Origin: Hydrolagus colliei
Lineage: Eukaryota
DNA length: 64,000 nt
Assembly: GCA_035084275.1 (NCBI GenBank)
Contig: CM068747.1
Span: 24,304,001-24,368,000 of the forward strand
Direction of reading: 5' to 3'
The notes beneath the pieces are model-generated. The model was not told where the DNA came from and did not search any database. It worked only from the letters and a program-made list of their open reading frames with translations. The position numbers were made by a program, and so were the translations under genes. The stretch's first letter is position 1, and the number at the start of each line of letters is the position of its first letter. Below, in pieces: positions 40,700-52,768 of this stretch.

Positions 40700-40825
40700 T
40701 AACATACTCAAGACTGAGATTGACAGATTTTTTAAAGCTAAAGGAATTAAGGGATATGGAGATAGGGTGGGCGTAGGCTCGAGAGGCTGAATGGCCAACT
40801 CCTGCTCCTATTTCTTATGTTCTAA
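40700..40825 (+). mobile_element. CR1-type 3' end
   Basis: gagattgacagattttt..aaggaattaagggatatggag..gctcgagaggctgaatggcc.actcctgctcctatttcttatgttct, a characteristic CR1 3' UTR. An inverted relative lies at ~55247-55400. Confidence 0.7.
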
Positions 40826-41039
40826 GCCTTTATTCTGGAAGATACAGCAATAAAATAAAGTAAATTCTAGAGTCAACTTTCAATGACATCTGAAGATACT
40901 AGCACCATTTCAGTGATACACAAAGAAATGACCCTGTTATTGATCCCACTTGACACAACTTCAATCGAGTTTTCATGAATTAATATAACCTGCAACAGTA
41001 TTACTTTGGGTTGGGAATTTACCAACATCAGCAAAGTTC

Positions 41040-41291
41040 TATAGCAATGTCCAACAAACCGCTATGAAGCAGGAGAGTGATCAACTTTGTTTATCTGATA
41101 GATTGTTGGCCAGGACAAGGGTGAAATTCCCTTCTGTTTTTGAATAGTGCCATGGGATCCTACATTCATCTGAAGGATGGTAGCTGTGATAAAGCAGTGC
41201 CCCCTCCACCACAGCATTGTACGCTCAAACCTCCAACTTGAACCCACCACCTTCAGACTCAAGTGGCTGTTAGAGTGGTACCAACTGAGCC
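41040..41291 (-). mobile_element. DeuSINE/SacSINE-type SINE
   Basis: Minus strand: cctggctcagttggtacc...ctgaaggtggtgggttcaagt...cagatgaatgtaggatcccatggcactattcaaaa..cccttgtcctggccaac. Confidence 0.75.
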
Positions 41292-41739
41292 AGGTTTATA
41301 CCGAGGGAAGGCAGTACAAACATCCCTGCAGTTGCAACCACTTTATTTCTTATTTTCTTTCCCTGTTATCAAGAAAGCTCCCATTCCACCAGTTGATGAG
41401 CAAAATACTCATGAGAAGCAGCACTGAGGATAGGTGAAGGAGGGTATGGTGGAGGGGGGGGGGGGGGGGGGGGGGAGTAGAAGAGGAGAGAGAAATAAAT
41501 GAAAATAAGAGGTGATGGAGAAGAGGAGCAGGTACAAGGTAGAAATGGTACCTAAGAGCATTGCAACCCCCTACCGCTGAATCAGAGGCATCACTGTTCC
41601 CTCCTTCACCTTCTCCATGCTACAGTTAGGAGATAAGATAAGCATCGAGATCCAGACAGACGACAGACAGATGCCTGATCCGCAGCCTGGGGCCAGATAG
41701 ACCAGATAAACACATACACATACTGTCTGCACCCAGAGG

Positions 41740-42400
41740 CAAAGCGAGTCAGTCACGAGGAGGCCGAGAGCGGGGCACAGGTAAAGCCGGCTCCTAGGCC
41801 CGGCTCAGCTCGGCTCCAACGTGAGTGACAGCTCGCGTGCCGGCACCTACCCACCCCCCTCACCCACCTACCTATGTGGCTGTCTTCAATGTGTTCGATC
41901 AGCTCCGCCAGAGTGTTAAAGGTGAGGCCGCAGCCGCCGAAACTGCAGGCGTTGGAGAAGAAGGATGCGGCGGCTAAACCGGTCATGATAACCCGCGGCT
42001 CCTCCCTCCGGGCACCGGCTTTACCTCAGCACCGACCCCCCCCCCTCCCTCCCCCCCCCCACCGGGTGCTCAGGACGCCGACCTTGTCACACACACCCAC
42101 CCGCTCGCGGGCCCTCCCTCCGCTCTCTCGCCTTTCTCTCTTTCTCCCTCCCTCCCCCCCCTCCCTCCTTCACTCAGTCAGTCAGTCAGTCCGGCACCCT
42201 CATGGCGACCCGCCACAACAGCGTTTTAACGTTAATAAACAACGGTCACGGCGGCAGAGCATCTCAGCTGGGGACCGGGCGTCAGGAGGCGCGAGCTGCC
42301 GCCTCTACATGTACCTCAGGCCCGCCCGCCGGCCACGTGATCAAAATAAGCATGTGCGCTCACTATAGAAACGGCTCGAGCGGCGGCGCCAACTCCTCCC
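41740..42400 (-). promoter_or_regulatory. CpG island / promoter and first exon of the JAZF-like gene
   Basis: Abrupt GC- and CpG-rich segment spanning the start codon, with a CACGTG E-box near 42334. Confidence 0.8.
41872..41986 (-). CDS. JAZF1: JAZF1-like zinc-finger protein (probable JAZF1 ohnolog), coding exon 1 of 5
   Basis: ATG at 41986 (context TTATCATGA). Translates MTGLAAASFFSNACSFGGCGLTFNTLAELIEHIEDSHI, the JAZF1-type N-terminal C2H2 finger. 115 nt, followed by GTAGGT donor. The symbol denotes the family; orthology is discussed under findings. Confidence 0.95.
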
Positions 42401-42404
42401 CCTG

Positions 42405-43250
42405 TAAACACATCCCTCACCCTGTATACACACACCTCCATCTCCCCCTCCTCACCCTGCATACACACACCTCCATCTCCCCCTCCTCACCCTGCATACA
42501 CACACCTCCATCTCCCCCTCCTCACCCTGCATACACACACCTCCATCTCCCCCTCCTCACCCTGCATACACACACCTCCATCTCCCCCTCCTCACCCTGC
42601 ATACACACACCTCCATCTCCCCCTCCTCACCCTGCATACACACACCTCCATCTCCCCCTCCTCACCCTGCATACACACACCTCCATCTCCCCCTCCTCAC
42701 CCTGCATACACACACCTCCATCTCCCCCTCCTCACCCTGTATACACACACCTTCATCTTCTCACCTTGTATACACACACCTCCTCCTCACACTGTATACA
42801 CACACTTCCATCTCCCCCTCCTCACCCTGTATACACACACCTCCATCTCACCCTGTATACACACACCTCCATCTCCCCCTCCTCACCCTGTATACACACA
42901 CTTCCATCTCCCCCTCCTCACCCTGTATACACACACCTACATCTCCCCCTCCTCACCCTGTATACACACACCTCCATCTCCCCCTCCTCACCCTGCATAC
43001 ACACACCTCCATCTCCCCCTCCTCACCCTGTATACACACACCTTCATCTTCTCCTCACCTTGTATACACACCTCCTCACACTGTATACACACACTTCCAT
43101 CTCCCCCTCCTCACCCTGTATACACACACCTCTATCTCCCCCTCCTCACCCTGTATACACACACCTCCATCTCCCCCTCCTCACCCTGTATACACACACT
43201 TCCATCTCCCCCTCCTCACCCTGTATACACACTCCTCCACCTCACCCTAT
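42405..43250. repeat. 35-bp minisatellite (~24 copies), degenerating to ~43500
   Basis: Unit CTCACCCTG(C/T)ATACACACACCTCCATCTCCCCCTC, recurring at 42451, 42486, 42521 and onward. Confidence 0.95.
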
Positions 43251-43809
43251 ATAGGCTCTAGAAGCGCTCTGAGACGCCATCCGGTGTGGAGGGTGCTATA
43301 TAAATCAAAGTTGTTGTATACACATCCCTCCACCACCTCCTCACCCTGTAAACAAACTCCTCCTCATCACCCTGTAAACACTCTTCCACCTCCTCATTCT
43401 GTAAACCACAATCCTCCACCTCCTCACTCTCCAAACACAATCCTCCACCTCCTCATCACCCTGAAAGCACACTCCTCTATCACCTCATCATCATCACCCT
43501 GTAAACACACTGTCATCTCCTCCTTACTTCACAGTCACCCCCCCTTAAATTGCCATATGCCCCCTCACCCCCATCCCTCCTCACCCTCATTACAGACTGT
43601 CACCTCCTCCCCATTGAATGTCACCTGCTCACTCTCACCCCACCCCCCCACAATCCCAACCCCACAAAAGTACTCCTCATTCTCGACTGCCAACTCCTCA
43701 GTCTGAATATTATCTGGGCATTCCAGGTAAGCACTTCACCTACTACCTGCATTGCAAAGGTATTCAGCATACAACTATTTGTCTAAGGCCCTCATATGAA
43801 GACCTGAAT

Positions 43810-44080
43810 TAAGCAGCTGGTGGCATTAGATTTCGATGTAAAGAACATCAAGATGTTGGATGTTGGAAGCTGTCTTTTAAAGGTCCCCCCACCACGCCGA
43901 AGCCAGATGTCTTCCAGATAGGTGATGAGGAAACTCTGAGGCTTCCAGCGACAGCTCCTGCAAAGCGTTACCTTATGCCGAGTTCTTATATTCTGCACCC
44001 AGAATCTACCTTGATTGTCTTCTGGAGAGGTAAGCAACTGCTGGTCAAACTTTGCACCTCCAACTGGTGGAACCATCGCG
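43810..44080 (-). mobile_element. L2 LINE RT fragment (degraded)
   Basis: Minus strand resembles the L2 RT region (..gacatctggcttcgg..tttaaaagacagcttccaacatccaacatcttg..). A further L2-like piece lies at ~44480-44700. Confidence 0.45.
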
Positions 44081-46839
44081 CAGTGGAAAGGGACATGTGC
44101 CCAATCTACAGGAAGATGCTGGTAATGTTCTCACATGTTGAATCCTGATCTGTGTTGCCCACTAGGAAGCTTGAATGGAGCTCCTGGTACCCACAAATCA
44201 CCAAGTGAGAGCTCCAACTAGATGTCAAACAACTAACTAGTGACTATACTCGAGGGTGGGTGGGGGGGTAAGCCACGTCTCCATGGAGACAAAGAATTTC
44301 GGAATCCAGCCAGCAATCTTTACCAATCTTCGGTAGGCAGTGTGGCAGGCCAAGTACTTCAAGGCATTGCTGATGATAGCACAGCCAGCCTGACTCATCG
44401 GCAGGACGTGAAAGGGCAGACCAGTTTCTGAGGAAAGGAATCTTCTTGTTCAGTGAAAAATTTCTAGATACAGTTCATCAGTTATTTGGCCTCATTCCGT
44501 CATTGCCTCACCTCTCAGGTTGCCGAACCACTCATACACACATTCATCACCTCAAAGGCTCAACGGAAATTACCCTAACTCATCCAGCCACAAGCTCCAG
44601 ATCATCCAGAACTCATGTTCTCTCCTGCACCAGGCCCCGTGACCCCATCACCTTTGTCGGGCTCCACTGGCCAGGCATTCCTGTTCCTTCAATAAGGTTC
44701 CTGTTCTTTTTATTGAAATATAGTTGTGTCTTTTAAAAAAAACTCTTGAGTTGCCTATATACAAATAGCAATCTAAATGCATTCTGGTCATATCACAATT
44801 ATATTTTAAAAAGAGCTGTGGGGTTGGGACTAAATAAAACATGTACAGTATTTATCTTTCTCCGCATAAACAGAAATCAAGACATTCTGCTCCTTGAGCT
44901 ATGGCAGTACTAGGCCCATTTGACCACGAGGAACTACACAAGAGAACTATGGGGTAAATACCTTTTCTTCCCTTCACCATCTCCTTCTTTTGGATTTGCT
45001 TAGCCACCTACATCAGCACAACAGATACCAAGAACTCAGCAGATTAGGGGGTCAAATGTTGATTTCACCGTTCTGGTGTGCTATGTGTTGGTATTCCAGT
45101 ATTGTATGTAGCAATTACATATCAGAAAATGAGTTGGAAACCTGAATGTCAATTCTCAACTAAATTATTTCCCAATAACTTATCAGTGAAGATGGTATGA
45201 ACATTAAATCTTTGTTAAATTTTTGTCTTTATTCTCTATTTCTGAAATATTAGGAAGAATGATTTGGGAGAGGAAGTTTACTGTTTGGGGTCTATTGTTC
45301 TGGAATGATGAGTGTCATGATATAAATGCAATTAGTATTCATCCATGTGAATGTAGGATGAAATGAGAGATGTGTACTGGTTGCAGGAAGTGCAACTGAG
45401 TCCCAGTGCTACTGCAGGTGTGGCAGCTAGATGGCCAGTTCTGTAAACGGTGCTGGCAATCTTTTGACAAATCTTTTAACTTTTTTGTGTGATAAATTGT
45501 GAGATTAACAGAATATGAAAGATGATTTTAGTCAATCAAAATACTTTTATTGATCAAATACATTAAATTTTTTCGTCAGCATGAAATTACTCTTGTGCAC
45601 TCAGGTCATACAGTGCCTGGAATTGAGGGTCCACCAAGTCCTGCCAATGAGCCAGACTGGCTGATTCGTCAGTATGATTTTAGTAGAACAATTGCAATCT
45701 TGTGCTGCATTTGTTAAAAATCCAACAATGTTTTCATTTATTGCTTCATTGGTCACCGAGACCCTGCATTGATACTTGGTATGACACAAGGATCACACAA
45801 AGGTTACAATTTAAGTTTTAATAGGTTTTGTTTTATGTACAAAGCATTGCCTGAAACAGAAGCAGTTTCTAATAGTGCAATCTTGCATTTTTCCACTTTG
45901 AAGCTTTGAGGCTGCTTTATTTCATAGGGGCTTTCCTGATCATACTTTGCAATGTGAACTTCGTTATTGAACAGATTAGCATTTATCACAGTAAAATTAT
46001 GAATTACATTTACAGTGCATCCCACAATTATTTGTGTTGGAAAAAAATACATTTCATTATTGTTACAATCAATCCTAAAAAAAAACTAATGTGTAATTTA
46101 TTTTCATTTTGGCCTTCCGGGTGAAAAAATAAAAGTTGTTGTGGCTTTTGCATTAACTTCAAATACCTGGCGATGGTAGTCAGAAATTAAAATACTTTTG
46201 GTATAATTAAATTAGTTAATTAAAACCAAACTAGTGTTAAAACTCTTTGCTTCAAAACCTTTTACATTTGCTTCATTTTAGTTACTTCCCTGTAAGCAGA
46301 ACTAGTAAGCTGTTTGAAACAATAAGGTCTCCAAAACAATGGCATACGGTTCCTACAATGGACCTGAATAAAAGCACATCTGGAAAGATTTATTTCAACT
46401 AAGGTTGGCAAGAACATCCAAAAATATTGTTTCCATACAGAGTATAACCAGGAAGCATAATTCAACTAGGGTAAAATGCAGGTTTCATTTATATCAACTT
46501 TCCAGATATCCATTTAATAACTACATTACATTTTCCGCCAAACCAATCCCTCCTCTTGATGCATGTCCTCTCACCACAGTAGTCTACTCATTGAAAAACA
46601 GCTTAGTTTCAAAAATAAATCCCTTCCAGGGGTTCCATTTACATGATTGTACATTCATGGACAAATTACTGTATTGCCTTTCAGCTGCAGGAAGTTATTA
46701 TAGCTCACCCAGGACTTGATGTCAAATTAGGCAGTCAGTCAGCAACAGTACTGGAATCGAGGTAATAGTAGAATCAAGTACCAGTAAAATATACAGTAGT
46801 CTAATTTACACAACAGATTGGGGGGGGGAAAAAGTCCGC

Positions 46840-47730
46840 GAATCACAAAGAGACCAAATAAAACATGTTGAGGGATGTGAAAGCCAATGGCTGAGAGCAA
46901 CGCATGCGCACTGGTGCCAGAGTTTGGATATACGGGGAGAGGGAGGGGGCCTGGGAGCGGCACCACGTGATATGATGACGCGGGCGACTGCACGACGGAG
47001 AGTGAGGAGGGCTGGGTCTAGCGGCGCGTGACGTCATGACGCAGAACGAGAGCGCGCGGCGGTGAGGGGCCTGAGACTACGTGACGTCATTACGTAAAAG
47101 GAGAGTGAGTGAGGGAAGAGAAGAGGCGCGGAGCCCGGCGAGATCTCGCGAGTTGTGGCCAGGATCCCGTGCGATTGGCCCTCAGTGAGAAGTCGCCCTG
47201 GTGGTAAGTTTGTAAACAACGTTAAAGGGCAGAGAGCCGCGGCCTCCGGGGAGGCGAGGGGAGAGGGAGTGTTTGTGTATGATAATGATAGCCAGCGGCC
47301 GGTATCAAAACATCTGCACCGAACCGAGCAGCAGGCAGAGGGCCCGGAGGTGGGTGTGTTCGCCGACGTTTACATGTTAATATGGCGACGCTCGGTTGTT
47401 GTGGTGGTTAACTCGGTGCCGCCGACAGCTGCACTGCAAAGAATGTCTGTCCCGTCCGCCCCCCCACTTCGTGCCTCTGATGAAAACGGCGGAGGTTTGA
47501 CTGACAAGGCAGACCTGTTTTCAAGAGGGTGTATGTGTGTGTGATCGCGGTGCTATCACGTTACAAACACAGACAGGTACATCTGTTTGTATGGGATGAG
47601 CGGCCTAAATGAGCGAGAAGCTGGCCTGGCCTGTGCCCCGTTTCCTAGGCAGCAGCAGTCTGTGAGCATCTCACTCCTGGTGCAATTGGACTGTTTGTGG
47701 GACGTTGCTGAGCGCAATTGGCTGCCGCGT
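46840..47730 (+). promoter_or_regulatory. ATF2: CpG island / ATF2 promoter
   Basis: CpG-rich. CCAAT 46884, NRF1-like CGCATGCGCA 46901, CACGTG 46964, two full CREs TGACGTCA (47029, 47082), TTACGTAA 47090, TCTCGCGAG 47144, inverted CCAAT 47174, YY1-like AATATGGCG 47379. Confidence 0.85.
47100..47203 (+). other. ATF2: Probable non-coding first exon of ATF2 (start approximate)
   Basis: Lies just downstream of the CRE cluster and ends in a strong donor GTG|gtaagt at 47204. The TSS cannot be determined from sequence. Confidence 0.55.
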
Positions 47731-48693
47731 TTCGCCCACATAATAATATACAGTCATTACAGTTTATATTGTAGTCTGTGAAGCGCTTTGAGACGTCTCC
47801 GAGATGTGATGAGGGGCCATATCAAATGCAAGGTTTATTGTTCTTATTATTAATGTTATTTAATTGTAGAGAGAGATGGAGCATTATACGTGAAGACTTT
47901 TTTATGAGAGCAGGCAGTCCTCCCTCCCACCCCCTTCCCGTGCTACAACGAGCATTATTTGTATTCCATGGTACTGTATTCTATATAATGTGGTTACTGA
48001 GATTGAAAGTACAGTATTGTAGAAGTTTATTAGGAAATTCGTTAGCTGTTGCTGTTGGGTATATATGTTGTCTATGCATGAAAGCACATGAGAATGGAAT
48101 TAATTTATGTTCTCCAGAAAGTAAAAAATATTTCAAAAGTATATATTTCTTAATCCCCAACAAACATTTGTGAGATATCTTTATGATTCAAATGAATGCA
48201 TTACTGTGATTGAAATCGTATATCATGATTTAAATTGAGAATCTAAGCCAAGTAGCTGACAATAAATATGATGGACAGCCAATATAATAGAAACTAAACG
48301 GTGCTTTTTTTGAAGAAAAATTGTTTTTGAAAACAGGCTGCATATGATCTTTTTCCTCTCAAAAAAGCCCTATGTACTATGCACTATATATTTGTTTGTG
48401 CAATGACTGCCATTCGAGGAGGGAGGCAAGTAGGGTCTCTTTGAAACCAGACTGGCAGTAAGGTGAGTAGTGCATCTTAATTTAAATCCTTGTTGGACAA
48501 GCAGTGGGAAATTTGCTGGAAAGTGCTCTTCATGACAAGCTGTGTGATTTTTAGCTAGTCAAGCTATAGCAATATCCTAACACAAAATCTAGGGACTCTA
48601 AGCCTTGTTTCTTGCCAGCATGTACCAAATGCACTCTGGAATTAAACAAGGTGTGTGCTTCTGGGGGAAGAGAGTTTGAATTCTATTCTAGAC

Positions 48694-49104
48694 TAGGGTC
48701 CGTCGATATGGAAATTTTCCGATATTGATATATCGGTTTGCCCATATATATATATATATATAGATATCGCGTTTTTTTCTGTCATGCGCATTCCAGTGTG
48801 CACGCGCATTCGGATATCGACAAGGTAAGTTGAAAAAGTCTGCATTTTACCGATATATCAATATATCGTCGGAAACGATATATCGGTATTTGCGATATAT
48901 CGATTTTGTTTAGATGTATCCAATATTTTTTGATATATAAATATTTTTTAAATTCCGATATCGGCATATCAATATGAAAATTATATCGGATATAACCGCT
49001 AATAAAATTATATTGGAAAGAAGCACACTGAGCCGCCGTCCGGCATGGAGGGCGCTATATAAATCAAAGTTGTTGTTGATATTTCGATATATCGCCGGAC
49101 CCTA
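48694..49104 (-). mobile_element. hAT-type MITE, copy 3 (inverted relative to copies 1 and 2)
   Basis: TAGGGTCCG / CCGGACCCTA TIRs, perfect 8-bp TSD TTCTAGAC. Carries a short L2/SINE tail insertion at ~49020-49078. Confidence 0.92.
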
Positions 49105-51072
49105 TTCTAGACACATGGATATTTCTGTGTACAGGTGGCATACATATATGAAACTCTCAGACTGGTTTGAATACTCAGGCATGGTAAAGGGTTTCCACAT
49201 ATGTCAGACATCAAGCTGACCCCCAAAAAGTTTGCATTTAAAAGTATTATATGGCCTGATTTTTTTTGCTCCCACAGGTTCAGATTAAGTAGATTAATTA
49301 ACTTGTTGGATAAATCTGTTCAGAATTTAGTAATGTGACCTTAGGCCAACAGTACCCTTTTTATTCACTAAAATACATTACATTTTCGACTTTTGTTTTA
49401 CACAGTAGCTGAAAGCTATTGGTCTTGTGCTTGCACAAAACTCTTTACCATAGCTTCAAAGTATGACTTGTCTGAGTACATGAACACAAGGTCTTGTCCC
49501 ACAGTATATGTACCTTTAAAATCGCATATCTTATTTAGTGCACGAGAACGGTTATTATCTGACTTCTAAAGCTGTTTTTAAGATGAGAGCACCCAAAACT
49601 GCCATGGAATGCAACATTTATGTACAACCACTTGGGAAGACAGAGAATCATGACAATCTATGGTACTCCAGTAGTAATGTAAATCCACCCTTTAATAACA
49701 CAGCCATCATTAATAAACTGAAATGTTCAGCAAATTGTCAGCTTGCAAGAATCAGTGGATTTTATTTAACCTAATTTGACAGATGTAAATATTTTGTCTG
49801 AATTTGTTAACCAATTAAATAATGTATATAGCTGCATAACAAATAACATTTGTACAGCTTTGGGATGTCCACCTTTTTTTGGCTAGAATGCAGTACAAGA
49901 TAATATATCAGGAGTTTTTTTTGAAAAAAAACTGACAGACTTGTTGAAAGGAGAGAATAAAATAAGATTTGTTGTGACTTCAACTCAACATTGTGGCTAG
50001 CAAAATAAATCTACAGATTTAGGTTTTGTGTCATCAGACTATATCTTGTATGGCTTTTATATAATTTATCAAAGAAATTGATTTTAAAATACTCAGATTT
50101 GTTGGCTTGACATGCAAGTTGTATGTTTCACAATTTCTTCCTAAGTACTGTACAGTATATTGTGCAGAAGTAAGTGGCAGAGAACGTATTCAGATACTGT
50201 ATATTGAATTAGGACAAAACAAAAGGTCCAATGTGTTAGATTGTTGGTCTTGTAATCTCAGTAGAACATAAACATCTGTCGCTTGTCACAAATAACAGTG
50301 CCTGTCATTTGGTCTTTCATTGGTTCCAATTATTAGTATTGGAACACACTGTGTCCTCTTATGACTATTAAGCTATTTTATTAGTGTCTTCCTTTCAGAA
50401 AAATGTACTGTATAGTTCAAAGGAAAAGTTACAACTTGCAAATATTTAACATGCAATGTTTTGTACAATGTATAGCGGTGCACGGTGTATTGATGCCCTA
50501 ACAGTCTATTGAACAGTGTGGGAAAATACTAGTTGATGCTCGGAATTACTTCCCACACTGACTTCCTGATTTAAGCCATTCCGCCGTTGAGAGGTGGCAA
50601 GTGCTTCTCTGCAGGAAGATAGTGAAAATTGGAGTCACCTATACATTTACTTAATGGGTAGAGCTCCATAATTGCCCTCAGCACTTTAGGTTACAGAGGG
50701 AAAATTACTCCCGAGTTCTCATATCCAATGACCTCTGCTGATATGTGCTAGCTAGACAAACAGCAGGAGGCTTGCCGGTCAGTGCAGTGCTCTCAATGGC
50801 AAGCTATGCAATTTAGTTGGTTAAACCCAATGGGGTTCCTAAGCCTTGGCTAATGCCAATCTGCGCCTAAGCCAAATACTCTCCAGAATCACTTAAATCG
50901 GGTGCGTCCCTCCAGGAAGAGTGTGCATTCCTTTCCAGATACAGGCCAATTCAATGTAGAAGTGCACATGTGGAGTTCTGTCTGGTTTAGCTCTCTTAAT
51001 CGTGATAATGGGTTTTTGCATGTGTCAGACATCCAGCTGACCCAAAAGAAATTGCATGAGGTTAAGATTGTA

Positions 51073-51280
51073 CAGTAAAAGCCTGTTTATCCGTGACCCA
51101 ATCAACCGTAACTTCCGTATAACCGGCACCTCAAAAAAAAGTCCCCATTCTATTAATCGGAATTTATCCGGCACAATATATATATTTTAAATTAATTAAT
51201 TAATTTTGGTGTTTTCGGCCAAGTATCGGCACACGGCATTGTCTAGGCCCCGAGGGTGCCTGATAAACAGGCTTTTATTG
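51073..51280 (+). mobile_element. ~210-bp Tigger-like MITE, copy B
   Basis: TA|CAGTAAAAGCCTGTTTATC ... GATAAACAGGCTTTTATTG|TA. Confidence 0.88.
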
Positions 51281-51942
51281 TACTTGGTTCTTTCCTTTCA
51301 CATTTGTGTACATCATGTTGAGACTTATTGATCAATATCATATTGAGACCAAAAATGTATGAGAGAGTTGAAGAAAATTGTAAATAAGATAATTACTTCA
51401 TTATCATGCAGATCTAATCAAGTGCATAAGGCGCATTCATCTAGATTTTATTTGACTGAGTAATAAATAAGCCACATACAGCGGTGTTTTGTGCTGACTA
51501 AACCAGAAAATTGATCGATTTGCTACAGTTAGGCACATTACTGTGGATTAGGTAGAAAAACATTTCTGATCCCTTTCCAGCAAAACAAAATAGTACTGGC
51601 AGCTGATCCGCTTTTTTCACTCTTTAGAAATTGTAGGGGGTTGCAGCGTGGGTTAGAATGCGTTTTTACATTTGGGACTTATCATTTGGGACGGTATCCA
51701 GACGAGACTGACTTAATATAACTTTTCCTTTTGCTGGCACTAAGGACCCTACAAATTTCCAAGTGGATCTGGACAGTTTCAGTCAATTTCCTAACCAGTA
51801 TGAGTCAATCACACAGAAGTGTTTGTATATTGTCAACAATTGGATTGTGTATCTGTTTTTAATTGCAAGTGGTTTCCATATTTTTTAAGAATACGCTTAT
51901 GTATTGAATTGTTAATACAGGTGAAACGAGGATTCACTGAAC

Positions 51943-51990
51943 ATGAGTGATGATAGACCCTTTGTATGCACCGCTCCTGGATGTGGCCAG
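51943..51990 (+). CDS. ATF2: ATF2 (cyclic AMP-dependent transcription factor), first coding exon
   Basis: Exon 51921-51990 (taatacag acceptor, gtagtt donor). Encodes MSDDRPFVCTAPGCGQ, with an in-frame TGA upstream at 51922. Confidence 0.92.
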
Positions 51991-52671
51991 GTAGTTAAAG
52001 ATTTTTTAAATCTTTAATCTTATAATGGCATGTAAAATGGAATCATAAGATAAATGCCAATTTTATAAAGCTATCCCACACCCTCAAGTTTCATGGATGG
52101 TGGATGTTTACCATTTTGTTTCTTTTTTCATTGTATTTTACTTCCACGTGTGTAATGTATGTGTCATTCTAAACATGTTTAGTAACAAATAAGAGAGATC
52201 TGGTTGCCAGAGGGGGTGGAATATTGGCCTCTTATTTATTGAAAGTTAGCTTTCAATTCAGCACAAACCAATGGAATAAAATGGTCTGTCAGATAACTAA
52301 AGACTCAACAGTATGTGAATTATTTCATATTTCTACACCCTTGTCTTAGTGGGAAGCCCACAACACAAACATTACTTAATTCATAATATTTAATTGGTAG
52401 TTAATTTAATTGAGTGACCATACATTGCAGCAAACAAGAACATCACATTTCGGGCAGTTTTAAAGGTGGATGAATAATTTTATACCATTCGGATAAAACT
52501 TGTTTTGTGTCAAAATCGCCCTGTTAAACTGTCATCGTTAAAACCAAAGGCTGTAAAAGAAGAATCTGTAATGTGTTTAAACATTTTGAATGGTTGATTT
52601 TTTAAAAAAATTAAGGATTTTATTGAATGTTTTGTGTGGATTGCTCTCTGAATAAATTAAACTTGTTCCAG

Positions 52672-52768
52672 CGCTTCACGAATGAGGATCACTTGGCTGT
52701 TCACAAGCACAAACATGAGATGACATTAAAGTTTGGTCCAGCACGTAATGACAGTGTCATAGTAGCTG
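52672..52768 (+). CDS. ATF2: ATF2 coding exon 2 (zinc finger, MAPK docking region)
   Basis: Encodes RFTNEDHLAVHKHKHEMTLKFGPARNDSVIVA(D). Canonical ag/gt boundaries. 97 nt. Confidence 0.96.

Noticed and set aside
41874-42368. 164-aa plus-strand ORF over the JAZF first exon
   Set aside because: An antisense, GC-rich CpG-island artefact.
42405-43250. CRISPR-like periodic repeat
   Set aside because: Head-to-tail units with no unique spacers, eukaryotic context, and no cas genes.
42202-43254. 350-aa His/Pro/Thr-rich ORF
   Set aside because: It is the translation of the 35-bp minisatellite (35-aa period from three units). There is no evidence it is a protein.
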